Both the position numbers and the translations under genes were made by a program. Positions 8,070 through 16,440 of a stretch of DNA of 32,000 nucleotides are shown one piece after another. Every line of letters starts with the position of its first letter. Positions within the stretch are counted from its first letter, which is position 1. Where the stretch lies: NCBI RefSeq assembly GCF_041929235.1, contig NZ_JBHFNP010000022.1, positions 97,330-129,329 on the forward strand, in the 5' to 3' direction. The notes beneath the pieces are model-generated. The model saw nothing but the letters and a program-made list of their open reading frames with translations, did no database searches and was not told where the DNA came from. This DNA is from Microseira sp. BLCC-F43 (lineage in GTDB: Bacteria > Cyanobacteriota > Cyanobacteriia > Cyanobacteriales > Aerosakkonemataceae).

Positions 8070-9970
8070 TAATTCCCCAACATTTGCAACTTGTACAAAC
8101 TAGCATAAAGTCCGCCTTGTTGTAGCAATTCCTGATGACTACCCGACTCGATTAATTGCCCCCGCTTTAATACTAAAATCCGATCTACATTGCGAATAGT
8201 AGAAAGGCGGTGGGCAATAATAATTGCCGTGCGTCCTACTAAAAGTCGGTCTAAAGCATCTTGAATTAATGCTTCCGTTCGCACATCTAAACTCGCGGTT
8301 GCTTCATCTAGCACTAAAATTCTCGGAGCGCGGATCGCAGCACGAGCAAAGGCTAAAAGTTGTTTTTGACCGCCAGATAAATTCGTTCCCCTTTCTCTAA
8401 GTTGGGTGTCGTAACCTTGGGGTAATTGTTCGATAAATTGGGCGACATTTGTGTTTTCTGCAGCAGCAACAACTTGCTCAAAAGCATAAGTTTCCCCCAA
8501 GGTTATGTTACTTTTCACATCTCCAGCAAACAGAAATCCGTCTTGCAGAATAACGCCCATATAGCGGCGTAATTCCGTCTGCGGTACGTCTCGGATATCG
8601 ACGCCATCCAAAAGAATCCGACCTTTTGTAGGTTCGTAGAGGCGGCATAATAGCCGGATTATAGAACTTTTACCAGCACCCGTGGGGCCAACTAATGCGA
8701 CTTTTTCACCCGGATGAATCGTAAAGTCTAAGTCTTGAATAACGTATTCGTCTTGTTTGTAAGCAAACCAAACATGTTCAAATTTGATTTCGCCTGGTAA
8801 TGGGTAATGGGTAATTGGTAATTGGTAATTCTCATCTGTGCCTCTGCTCTCCCGCTGTCGCGATCCTCTGCTATCCATCTCGAATGGTAATGATTTAGGA
8901 TTTTCGGGGTCGCGAATTTCGATCGGTTCGTTGAGGATGTCAGCTATGCGTTCTACGGCGGTGAATCCTGCTTGAATTGAGGTGAATTTTTCGGCAAATT
9001 GTCTTAAGGGGTCGAAGAGACGTTGGGCATATAAAATAAAGGCAGATAGAGTACCGAAACTGAGTTTATCTTGCAGAATCTGAAGTCCACCTAACCATAA
9101 AACGCCTGCGATCGCTACCAACGAAATCCACTCCAGCGTGGCAGATACCGCTGAGTCGTGAAAGATGGTTGCATCTACTTCTTTGATATAGCGTTTGTTG
9201 ATAGTTCGGAACAGTTCGGCATTGAACTTTTCCCGCCGGAATAGCTGAACGACATTAATCCCCAAAATATTTTCTTGCAGCGTCGCGTTAAGCGCAGAAA
9301 GTTCTTCCCTGGCAAAATAATTCGCTTGGCGGTACTGCTGTTGAAAATAAATAATTACACCCGTTACGGGAATCAGCATTAGTACTAGCATTGTCGCCAG
9401 TTGCCATTGCAGGGAAAACATAGCGATCGCAATCACCAAAATCGAAAACAAATCGCTCACAATACCGATAGCACCCGTGGTAAACACATCTCCCAACGCT
9501 TCCACATCGCTAGTGAGGCGGGTAATCAATTTTCCTACTGGAGTCCGGTCAAAAAATCTGACCGCCAAAGAGGTAACGTGGTCGAACAAATCCTCGCGAA
9601 TGGCGTTGGTAATTTGTTGTCCCACCTTCTGCACGGTATAACTTTGGGTAGATACAAGCACCAACCGCCCTAATACCGTTAACAGCAGTAAACCGGCTAA
9701 AATATTTAACCCGGTTGATAAATCTCTACCTTGGAGAATCGACCAAGTTTGCTCTTTGCGAATTAAAGAAATTGCCTGTCCGATGATTAGGGGTTGAATT
9801 GCCCCAGATACCGCCACCGGCACCAATAATATCATCGAAAGCAAAAGCAGGCGTCCGCTACGACGCGCATAAGGGATTAACCGCAGGAATAAACGCCAGT
9901 CGCTTTCCCGCCGTTGGCGCTGCGATCGCTTATAATCGAGTTCTTCTGTCTCCCGCGATGACCCCGTCAT
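8069..9970 (-). CDS. ABC exporter, fused permease and ATP-binding domains (MsbA/MdlB-like)
   Basis: Six-TM N-terminal half. Walker A GPTGAGKSS, signature LSGGQKQ, Walker B ILVLDEATA. Confidence 0.9.
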   Translation of the reverse strand: MTGSSRETEELDYKRSQRQRRESDWRLFLRLIPYARRSGRLLLLSMILLVPVAVSGAIQPLIIGQAISLIRKEQTWSILQGRDLSTGLNILAGLLLLTVLGRLVLVSTQSYTVQKVGQQITNAIREDLFDHVTSLAVRFFDRTPVGKLITRLTSDVEALGDVFTTGAIGIVSDLFSILVIAIAMFSLQWQLATMLVLMLIPVTGVIIYFQQQYRQANYFAREELSALNATLQENILGINVVQLFRREKFNAELFRTINKRYIKEVDATIFHDSAVSATLEWISLVAIAGVLWLGGLQILQDKLSFGTLSAFILYAQRLFDPLRQFAEKFTSIQAGFTAVERIADILNEPIEIRDPENPKSLPFEMDSRGSRQRESRGTDENYQLPITHYPLPGEIKFEHVWFAYKQDEYVIQDLDFTIHPGEKVALVGPTGAGKSSIIRLLCRLYEPTKGRILLDGVDIRDVPQTELRRYMGVILQDGFLFAGDVKSNITLGETYAFEQVVAAAENTNVAQFIEQLPQGYDTQLRERGTNLSGGQKQLLAFARAAIRAPRILVLDEATASLDVRTEALIQDALDRLLVGRTAIIIAHRLSTIRNVDRILVLKRGQLIESGSHQELLQQGGLYASLYKLQMLGN

Positions 9971-10428
9971 GTGTATCCCACCCTACAGCACGCTTTCCAA
10001 CTGTAGCGCAGGAGCGCCCCCAGGGGTGCTACCTCCAGACATAAGTAGGGACGTGGTATTAAGTTATCGATTCCTGGGATAGCATCGCCCTGTTGCTATT
10101 TAAACTTTGCTGGAAATTCCTTTAAGCTGGCAGGAACCTTACATCTATCATTGCAATTTTAAAAGCAAAACTTGCCCGATTTCTACAGCCCTAACTGCTC
10201 GTTTATCTATATACTTACGATCAAAAGCTTTCTTTGAGTCCACTTGAGTGGACTTGAGCTATTAGCCAGGGAATTTATTCCCTGGCGGGGTAAAACGGCA
10301 GGTGCAAGATCTGAGTATTGCAATGCTTCCCCATGCGCGCTATTGATCCCATGTATCCGGACTCCACCCCAATCTGCGTGAATCACTGAGTTAAGATAAC
10401 AACAACCCGCATAACCACCAAAGCAGAC

Positions 10429-11688
10429 ATGGCGAGAAATTGGTTGCGCGTCAATCATGTAGCAAATACGATCCAAATTTCCTGGCAACGCGGACAATCA
10501 ACCCCTCGATCTGCTCCAGAAGTAGCATTTCAACACCCTTTTGACGAGCAAGCACTGACAGATTTGCGGTGGTATTTAGAACAATACCTGCGCTTTCCCT
10601 ACGGACTTGAACCCCAAAAAGCAGAACAGATAGAACAGAAATTGCAAGCTTGGGGACAGCAACTATTTGACATCATCTTCCGCAGCAGCGAGGAAGCGCG
10701 GACATTTTTTCAGGAGGCGACGCGAGAAGGGCTAGATCGATGCGAACTCAGTATTATTTCGGATGAACCGGAGATACTTAATTTACCTGGGGAATTGCTG
10801 TAATCGCCGGATTACCAATTTCTCGCGCCGTTGCTGGCTGGAACTTACCGCAGTCTCAGCAGTTATGCCGTGCGGGCAGAAATGGGGGCAATGTCGGATG
10901 AGAAGTTAAATATTTTACTCGTTATCGCGCGACCTTATGGTGAGCAGGATATTAATTTTCAAACGATTGCCCGTCCGGTGCTAGAAGCGCTGCAACCGAT
11001 TCGGCAGCAGGTGAATCTCAAGGTATTGCGTCCCCCTAGTTTAAAGCAGTTTGAGGCAGAACTTCAGGCGCATAAAGGGTTTTATCAAATCGTCCATTTT
11101 GACGGACATGGGGATTTTGAAGCGAATAGCAAAACCGTTCAAACTCAATATGGAAAATTGGGACAAGGGATTTTAGTCTTTGAAGATGCAGAAGGCAACC
11201 CGGAAATTGTCACCGCTAGGGAGATTGCCCAATATTTAACCGATTGTCGCGTCCCGATTTTTCTGCTGAATGCTTGCAAATCGGGACAAGCGGGAGAAGA
11301 ACCCTTTTCATCGGTGGCGGGACAGTTGGTGAAATTGGGTGCCAAAGGCGTGGTAGCAATGGCTTATTCTGTCTACGCGGAAGGGGCGAAACACTTCATG
11401 GCACGCCTGTATGGGGAATTGGTGCGGGGGGAAAGCATCGCCAGTGCTGTAGCGGCGGGGCGGAAATCCATGTCCATCCAGAAGCTGCGCCCCAGTCCCA
11501 AGGGCGATTTACCGTTGCAAGATTGGCTGGTGCCGGTATTGTATCAGCAAGAACCTTGCACGCCGTTTACTCCTAACACTGCACCGCCCAGCTTTTTAGA
11601 CTTAATCAACGCCGCAGAAAACGCCCAATCCAAAATCGGCGTTCCCAGGCAGGAGCCAGGGAACGAGTTAAAATCCATCTTGGTTGAT
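10429..11688 (+). pseudogene. 5' part of a CHAT (caspase-like peptidase)-STAND-TPR gene; contains an in-frame TAA at 10801-10803 and is truncated by an IS insertion
   Basis: ORFs 10429..10803 and 10831..11751 are both in frame 1, separated by a single stop. CHAT His/Cys dyad context IVHFDGHG and FLLNACKSG. The N-terminal DLRWYLEQYL region is typical of this family. The last ~20 codons of the second ORF read into the IS left end. Confidence 0.75.
11641..11664. repeat. Small palindromic insert GTTCCCAGGCaggaGCCAGGGAAC inside the CHAT-NTPase linker (translated VPRQEPGN)
   Basis: 10-bp stem with one mismatch and a 4-nt loop. Related to the GCCAGGGAA/TTCCCTGGC palindrome at 10265-10286. Confidence 0.6.
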
Positions 11689-13040
11689 TTACCGAAAATT
11701 TTGGGTTTAAAGCCCCGCACTTCAGGGCGGCTTTTAGAATCTATGCTATAATCTTATCAGAGGATAAAACGATAAGAATGATTGTCTACGAAAGCAAATT
11801 AGAAGGAGAACAAAACCAGTATGAAAAGCTCGACGGGGCTATTCGTACTGGTCGTTTTGTTCGTAATTCTATTATTCGTGCTTGGATGGATAATCTAATC
11901 AAAAGTCGTAATGATGCTTATGCCTACTGTAAAACTCTAGGGGATAATCCTAAATTCCCTTGGGCTAAACAATTAAACTCTCAAGCCAGACAAGCTCATG
12001 CTGAGAGGGCTTGGGCTTCAATTGAGCGTTTTTATCATAATTGTAGAGCAAAAACACAAGGGAAAAAAGGATACCCGAAGTTTAAAAAATATCAAGTTAG
12101 AGACTCGGTTGAATACAAAGTAAGCGGTTGGAAATTATCAGAAGACCTCCGCTACTTAACATTCACCGATGGATTCAAAGCTGGAACTTTTAAACTTTGG
12201 GGAAGTAGAAACCTTCACTATTATCAACTAGAACAAATTAAGAGAGTTAGAGTTGTTAGAAGACATGATGGTTATTATGCACAATTTATAATCGACCATA
12301 AACGGGAGGAAAGTAAAGAATTAACGGGTAGGCAAATTGGCTTAGACGTTGGGTTAAATCATTTCTATACTGATAGTTTTGGTCAGAAAGTTGATAATCC
12401 TAGATTTCTGAGAAAAGACGAACATAGAATCAAAAAACTACAGCGTCGTCTCTCTAAGACAGAAAAAGGTAGTAAAAATAGAGCCAAAGCGAGAACTAAA
12501 TTAGGTAGAGCGCATCTCAAGGTATCACGCAGACGTAACGACTGGGTTTGTAAATTAGCTCAGCACGTCATACGGTTTAACGACTTAGTAGCAGTTGAGA
12601 ACCTAAAAGTGCGTAATATGATTAAAAACCACTGTCTAGCTAAATCAATATCTGATGCTGCATGGTATCGTTTTCGAGAGTGGTTAGAGTATTTTGGCGT
12701 TGTGTATGGAGTTCCAGTAATAACTGTTAATCCAAAATATACAAGTCAGAATTGCTCTAATTGCGGACAGATAGTGGTTAAAACACTAAGTACCCGTACC
12801 CATAAATGTCCTGATTGTGGTTATGTGGCGGACAGGGACGAAAATGCAGCATTGAATATTTTAAAAGCAGCCTTGAAAGAATGGGCAAATACCGTGGGGC
12901 GCACGGAATTTGAAGTCTCTGGAGAGATTCCCCTCTGTTTGAATCTGGAAACAGAAACAAATAAGGGAACTCGAAGAAAGAGAAAACCTAAGAAGTGATT
13001 CTTAGAATCTCCGCGCGTTCACGCCGGAGAGTACGTCAAC
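11689..13040 (+). mobile_element. TnpB-only IS200/IS605-family (IS1341-like) element; no tnpA
   Basis: Candidate target/TAM TTGAT at 11684-11688. Related imperfect subterminal hairpins at 11709-11734 (LE) and 13008-13030 (RE). Shared 9-mer TTAGAATCT at 11734-11742 and 13002-13010. RE ends ..GTACGTCAAC. The region appears AT-richer by eye than the flanks. Boundaries are uncertain by a few nt. Confidence 0.7.
11778..12998 (+). CDS. tnpB: RNA-guided endonuclease TnpB (IS605 OrfB family)
   Basis: RuvC-I IGLDVGLNHF, RuvC-II VAVENLKVRNM, zinc finger CSNCG...HKCPDCG, RuvC-III DRDENAALNI. All catalytic residues are present. Confidence 0.9.
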   Translation: MIVYESKLEGEQNQYEKLDGAIRTGRFVRNSIIRAWMDNLIKSRNDAYAYCKTLGDNPKFPWAKQLNSQARQAHAERAWASIERFYHNCRAKTQGKKGYPKFKKYQVRDSVEYKVSGWKLSEDLRYLTFTDGFKAGTFKLWGSRNLHYYQLEQIKRVRVVRRHDGYYAQFIIDHKREESKELTGRQIGLDVGLNHFYTDSFGQKVDNPRFLRKDEHRIKKLQRRLSKTEKGSKNRAKARTKLGRAHLKVSRRRNDWVCKLAQHVIRFNDLVAVENLKVRNMIKNHCLAKSISDAAWYRFREWLEYFGVVYGVPVITVNPKYTSQNCSNCGQIVVKTLSTRTHKCPDCGYVADRDENAALNILKAALKEWANTVGRTEFEVSGEIPLCLNLETETNKGTRRKRKPKK

Positions 13041-13056
13041 GGAAGTCAGCGCCTAT
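12850..13056 (+). ncRNA. Predicted omega-RNA (reRNA) scaffold overlapping the tnpB 3' end and RE, plus a ~16-nt flank-derived guide (13041-13056 GGAAGTCAGCGCCTAT)
   Basis: By analogy with characterised TnpB systems, the scaffold spans the 3' end of tnpB and the RE hairpin (13008-13030). The 5' boundary is not determinable by eye. Confidence 0.4.
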
Positions 13057-15156
13057 GGCTTTATCGGGCGAGGTTACGACATTTTGCGCTTAGAACGCGC
13101 TTTTCGCCAAAATTATGTGGTGCTGTTGCAGGGGATGGGCGGGGTTGGCAAAACCGAGTTAGTAGGGGGATTTGCTCGCTGGTTGGATGACACCCAGGGA
13201 CGCACGGGGGGCATTTTCTTCACTAGCTTTGAGCGCGGTGCGGGGTTGAGTCAGGTGGTGAATCAAATTGGCAGAAGCTTGGGGGGTGAGAAATTCGCCC
13301 AGTTAAAGCCAGAACAACAGCAGGCGGTGGTGCGACAATACTTGCAAACCCATCCTTGTCTGCTGATTTGGGATAACTTTGAACCCGTCAATGGGTTTCC
13401 CGCCGGAAATCTGCCATTGTTACCCGCCGCCGAAAGAGAAGAATTGAAGCGGTTTCTCAAAGAATTGCGCGGGGGGCAAACTTGGGTACTAATTACCAGT
13501 CGGCGGGAAGAAGGTTGGTTAGATTGCGGTTACGCGCTGCTGAGTTTGAAGGGACTGGTAAAACAGGATGGGGAAGAGTTAGCGGCGAAGATTCTGCAAT
13601 CAGCGGAGATAAACCGGGCGAAACTGCCAAAAGAATATCTGGAGTTGCTGAAACTATTGGGGGGACATCCCCTGTCCTTGCGGGTGGTACTGCCTCACCT
13701 GAAAACCCAGACACCCGTGCAGTTAATCGAGGCATTGCGGCGGGGATTGGATACGTTCAAGGGTGCAGAGGAGGAAGGTAGAGAGAAATCTTTGCTGGTG
13801 TCGCTGGATTATTCGTTTGCGAAGTTGTCGGAACGGGCGCGGCAGCATTTGCCGTTTTTAGCGCTATTTTCTGAGCGAGTGGATGCAGGTTTCCTCCATC
13901 TTTTGTCGGAAAGTTCTGATAATCAGTTTGGACAGGCATATTGGGCGGTGTTTGGAGAAAACTTGCAGAAGCCCGATTGGATGGGATTGCTCAAGGAAGC
14001 CGCCGCCGCAGGGATTGTAGAACATTTGATGGGAACTATCTACAAAATTCACCCAGCACTGCCTTGGTATTTGCGACAACAGTTAGATACAAAAGGTTCG
14101 CAGGAGGTAATCAATAGCCTAGAAAAAAAGTTGCTACTTTTCTACGCAGAGTTGGCAGATATCTACCATGAGGAACTCATCAGCAATGCGGAATTGGCAA
14201 CCTTTGCGCTGCGAGTAGAAGAGCCGAACCTATTGCAGCATTTACGACTGGCAGAACAGCAGCAGGATTGGGGTAATGCCAAATTTATTCTGACAGCCTT
14301 GGCAGAGGTATATACACGATGGGGGCGCAAACCAGAATTTAAGTCCCTGCGAGAACGGGCGCTGAACCAAATTGGTATCCACTTGGCACAAGCAAAGGCA
14401 AAGGGACGAAATGCCTTTGATTTCTGGATTTATCTGCGGGGAGTAGATGCAAATGAAGCTTTTAAAAGTGCCGACTTGGAAACAGCAAGAGCCTTTTATC
14501 AAGAAATTCTGGATGAATTGACAGCTTTAAATGACCCCTCCGTCAATGGCAATATCGCCTCTTTTAATCACAATCTTGGCTATATTGCCCAAAGGCAACG
14601 ACGGTTTGACGATGCGATCGCTTTTTACAATAAAGCTCTCCAAATTAAAGAAGATGCGGGGGCTTTCTACAGTGCTGCTAGCGACTATCACCATCTAGGA
14701 ATGGTAGCCGAAGATCAACGGCGGTTTGACGATGCGATCGCTTTTTACAATAAATATCTCCAAATTTATGAAGCTGCGGGGGATGCTTACATGGCTGCAT
14801 ATCCCTGTAAGCTTTTAGGAGAAATTGCCAAAGATCAAGGAGATTTTGAGACTGCTGTTGCCTATTTCCAAAAAGCATTTGAAGCCTTAAGTTCAGCAAA
14901 TGATTGGCACAACGCATCTTTAACCCTAGTTGCATGGGGCGAAACCCTGGAAGCCCAATCAAATTGGACTGAAGCCGCGAAAATTTACATCCACGGCTTG
15001 GTCATCGAGGTTAAGCATAATAAAGAGTGGATTGGCTGGTATCTCAAAAATTTAAGGCGAATGCTCAAACAGTTGGGAGACAGCCAATTTGCCACAATTT
15101 GGCGCGAGGTAATAGGCGAAGAATTGCCAGAAGAATGGCGTTCAGTTATTCAATAA
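13042..15156 (+). pseudogene. 3' part of the same gene: NB-ARC-like STAND NTPase plus TPR array
   Basis: Same frame as the CHAT part. FIGRGYDILRLERAF lead-in, Walker A GMGGVGKT, Walker B CLLIWDNFE, LITSR and GGHPLSL motifs, then ~40-aa TPR-like repeats. The first in-frame start after the IS is a TTG at 13084. Confidence 0.75.
14596..14780 (+). repeat. Near-identical 120-nt-spaced intragenic duplication of a TPR unit (QRRFDDAIAFYNKxLQI)
   Basis: 14603-14634 and 14723-14754 are identical over 32 nt. The flanking sequence is similar. Confidence 0.8.
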
Positions 15157-15187
15157 GCCAGCGAAACAAACGAGGAGTGAAATCGAC

Positions 15188-15649
15188 GTGGAAACCCAAT
15201 TAACCACCCCCGAAGTCAACGAAAAACGGCAGCTATTGCAAGATTACGAACCCGCTGCCGAGGCATTCGCCATCCTGGAAGAACAGCAAGGCAGACTCGA
15301 TCTTAGTTTTGACGAACTGTGGGCAAAAAAAACAGGTCAAGTGTTTGAAGATCCCAGCAAACGCCAATCCCTCTGGCAAACCACGCTGCAAGTCCTGCGC
15401 CAAGAACTCTGCGGCGATGAAGGCTTTCGCGCCCAATTCAAAGAATATACCAAAAACCCAGGCAGCGCCCCTTTACTCACCGGTTTAATTGTTTCCCTCA
15501 CCACCCTATCCGGCTTGCCCCTCGACCCGGCAATTTCGACGATTATTGTGTTGTATCTGCTCAAAATTGGCTTGAATATCTTTTGCGAATATACGGAATC
15601 TGCGAGTAATTCTGATGGGTCTGGGAGTGCTGATTCACAGGGGAAATGA
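15188..15649 (+). CDS. Hypothetical protein with a hydrophobic C-terminal region; GTG start
   Basis: AGGAG lies ~10 nt upstream of the GTG. Starts 31 nt after the TPR gene stop. C-terminal hydrophobic stretch LLTGLIVSLTTLSGL...ISTIIVLYLLKIGLNIF. Confidence 0.6.
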   Translation: METQLTTPEVNEKRQLLQDYEPAAEAFAILEEQQGRLDLSFDELWAKKTGQVFEDPSKRQSLWQTTLQVLRQELCGDEGFRAQFKEYTKNPGSAPLLTGLIVSLTTLSGLPLDPAISTIIVLYLLKIGLNIFCEYTESASNSDGSGSADSQGK

Positions 15650-15692
15650 GGAGAGAATTAACCAAGTTGCTAGGGAAAACGATCCCCCCAAA

Positions 15693-15711
15693 CCCCCCTT
15701 GCCAAGGGGGG
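15693..15711. terminator. GC-rich hairpin CCCCCCTTGcCAAGGGGGG between convergent genes
   Basis: Perfect 9-nt inverted repeat. No clear U-tract on either strand. Confidence 0.4.
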
Positions 15712-15731
15712 CTTAAGAGAGTAGTATGTAG

Positions 15732-15758
15732 GGTGCGTTAGCGATCGCGTAACGCACC
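15732..15758. repeat. Dispersed palindrome GGTGCGTTA-gcgatcgcg-TAACGCACC (preceded by ATGTAG)
   Basis: A related copy lies at 24412-24442 (TATGTAGGGTGC...TAACGCACCAT). Confidence 0.7.
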
Positions 15759-15772
15759 ATGCTAACTACACG

Positions 15773-16045
15773 TTACCGTCCCGATTTCCTGGTCGATGAA
15801 TCGGTGGCAGGTTGCTTCCGGTAGCGAATGAGAATTGTCATCACCAAATCGGTTTTGGGTAATGGCGTCAAGGGACTCCATTCATCCACCTGGGCAAATC
15901 CGATAGCGTAAAAATTCTTGATTTCTTCGATTACTCCTTCGCGGGTACCGATAATCAGAAACCGAATCGGTTCGCGTTCGGGCATTTCTGGCGAGGAATT
16001 TTCACGCACAGATCCGATAGCATCAGACAAAAACTCTTGTGCCAT
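15773..16045 (-). CDS. Small conserved-looking hypothetical protein (90 aa)
   Basis: ATG with an AGGAGA Shine-Dalgarno sequence 8 nt upstream. Composition looks like a globular protein (IRFLIIGTREGVIEEIKNFYAIGFAQVDEWSPL). Confidence 0.7.
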   Translation of the reverse strand: MAQEFLSDAIGSVRENSSPEMPEREPIRFLIIGTREGVIEEIKNFYAIGFAQVDEWSPLTPLPKTDLVMTILIRYRKQPATDSSTRKSGR

Positions 16046-16077
16046 GATATTTTCTCCTATTTTTTGGATGGGAAACC

Positions 16078-16120
16078 AAAAAATCTAGCCACCCCGCAAG
16101 CAGCGCAAAGCAGGGTGGCT
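16078..16120 (-). terminator. Intrinsic terminator on the minus strand, ~30 nt upstream of the 90-aa ORF start
   Basis: RNA reads AGCCACCCUGC-uuugcgcugcuu-GCGGGGUGGCU, an 11-bp stem with one G-U pair, followed by AGAUUUUUUGG. Confidence 0.75.
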
Positions 16121-16440
16121 ACAGAGAGGTGTTAAAATGCTCTGTTAGCCTCCAGACTGATTTTGGCAGTGTGGGGGTCAAGCTGTCCTTTGCCGCTTCC
16201 AACGGCATAGGGCAGCGTACTAGATTTTTAGGCGGACACGGGTTGCTGTGGTTGAACTCAACCAACCTTAAAGAGAGAGCATAGCCCGATTGGGGACAAC
16301 AGTCAAGATAATAGTTGATTTCGTTACGAAACTTTAGATGGTGGGGCGAATTGCTCGAATTGCAACAAGTTTGAGTTTGCAGTAATACAACATTATTGCC
16401 GGGACACGGCAGTCGAAGAATTTTCGCTGACAACAAAACT
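16121..16440 (-). promoter_or_regulatory. Structured leader / candidate riboswitch-like attenuator, or an independent sRNA (class unknown)
   Basis: Antiterminator helix 16114-16153 (GGAGGCUAACAGAG / CUCUCUGUAGCCACC) overlaps the terminator 5' arm. A 13-bp hairpin lies at 16183-16215. No upstream minus-strand gene could feed this terminator. Confidence 0.5.

Noticed and set aside
10207-10497. 96-aa minus-strand ORF overlapping the start of the CHAT gene
   Set aside because: It overlaps the CHAT gene 5' end and two palindromic repeats (10237-10286). It has no RBS and no recognisable motifs, so it is likely spurious.
16140-16215. Possible cobalamin or glutamine riboswitch identity for the leader
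   Set aside because: CACACUGCC...AUCAGUCUGGAGGC loosely recalls the B12-box region, and GUUGGAAGCGGCAAAGGAC loosely recalls glnA-RNA. However, the core elements (GGGAA / GGUG..AA.UCC for B12, CGUUC..ACGGAAGUAGG..GAACG for glutamine) are absent. I cannot support either assignment by eye.
16119-16436. 105-aa minus-strand ORF spanning the structured leader and ending exactly at the terminator hairpin
   Set aside because: It has only a TTG start, no Shine-Dalgarno sequence and no internal ATG until near the end. Its Cys/Asn/Pro/Ser-rich composition does not look protein-like. It also overlaps repeat blocks that recur in a clearly non-coding region (21415-21479). It is not fully excluded, because a stop followed by a terminator is also the layout of a real gene.
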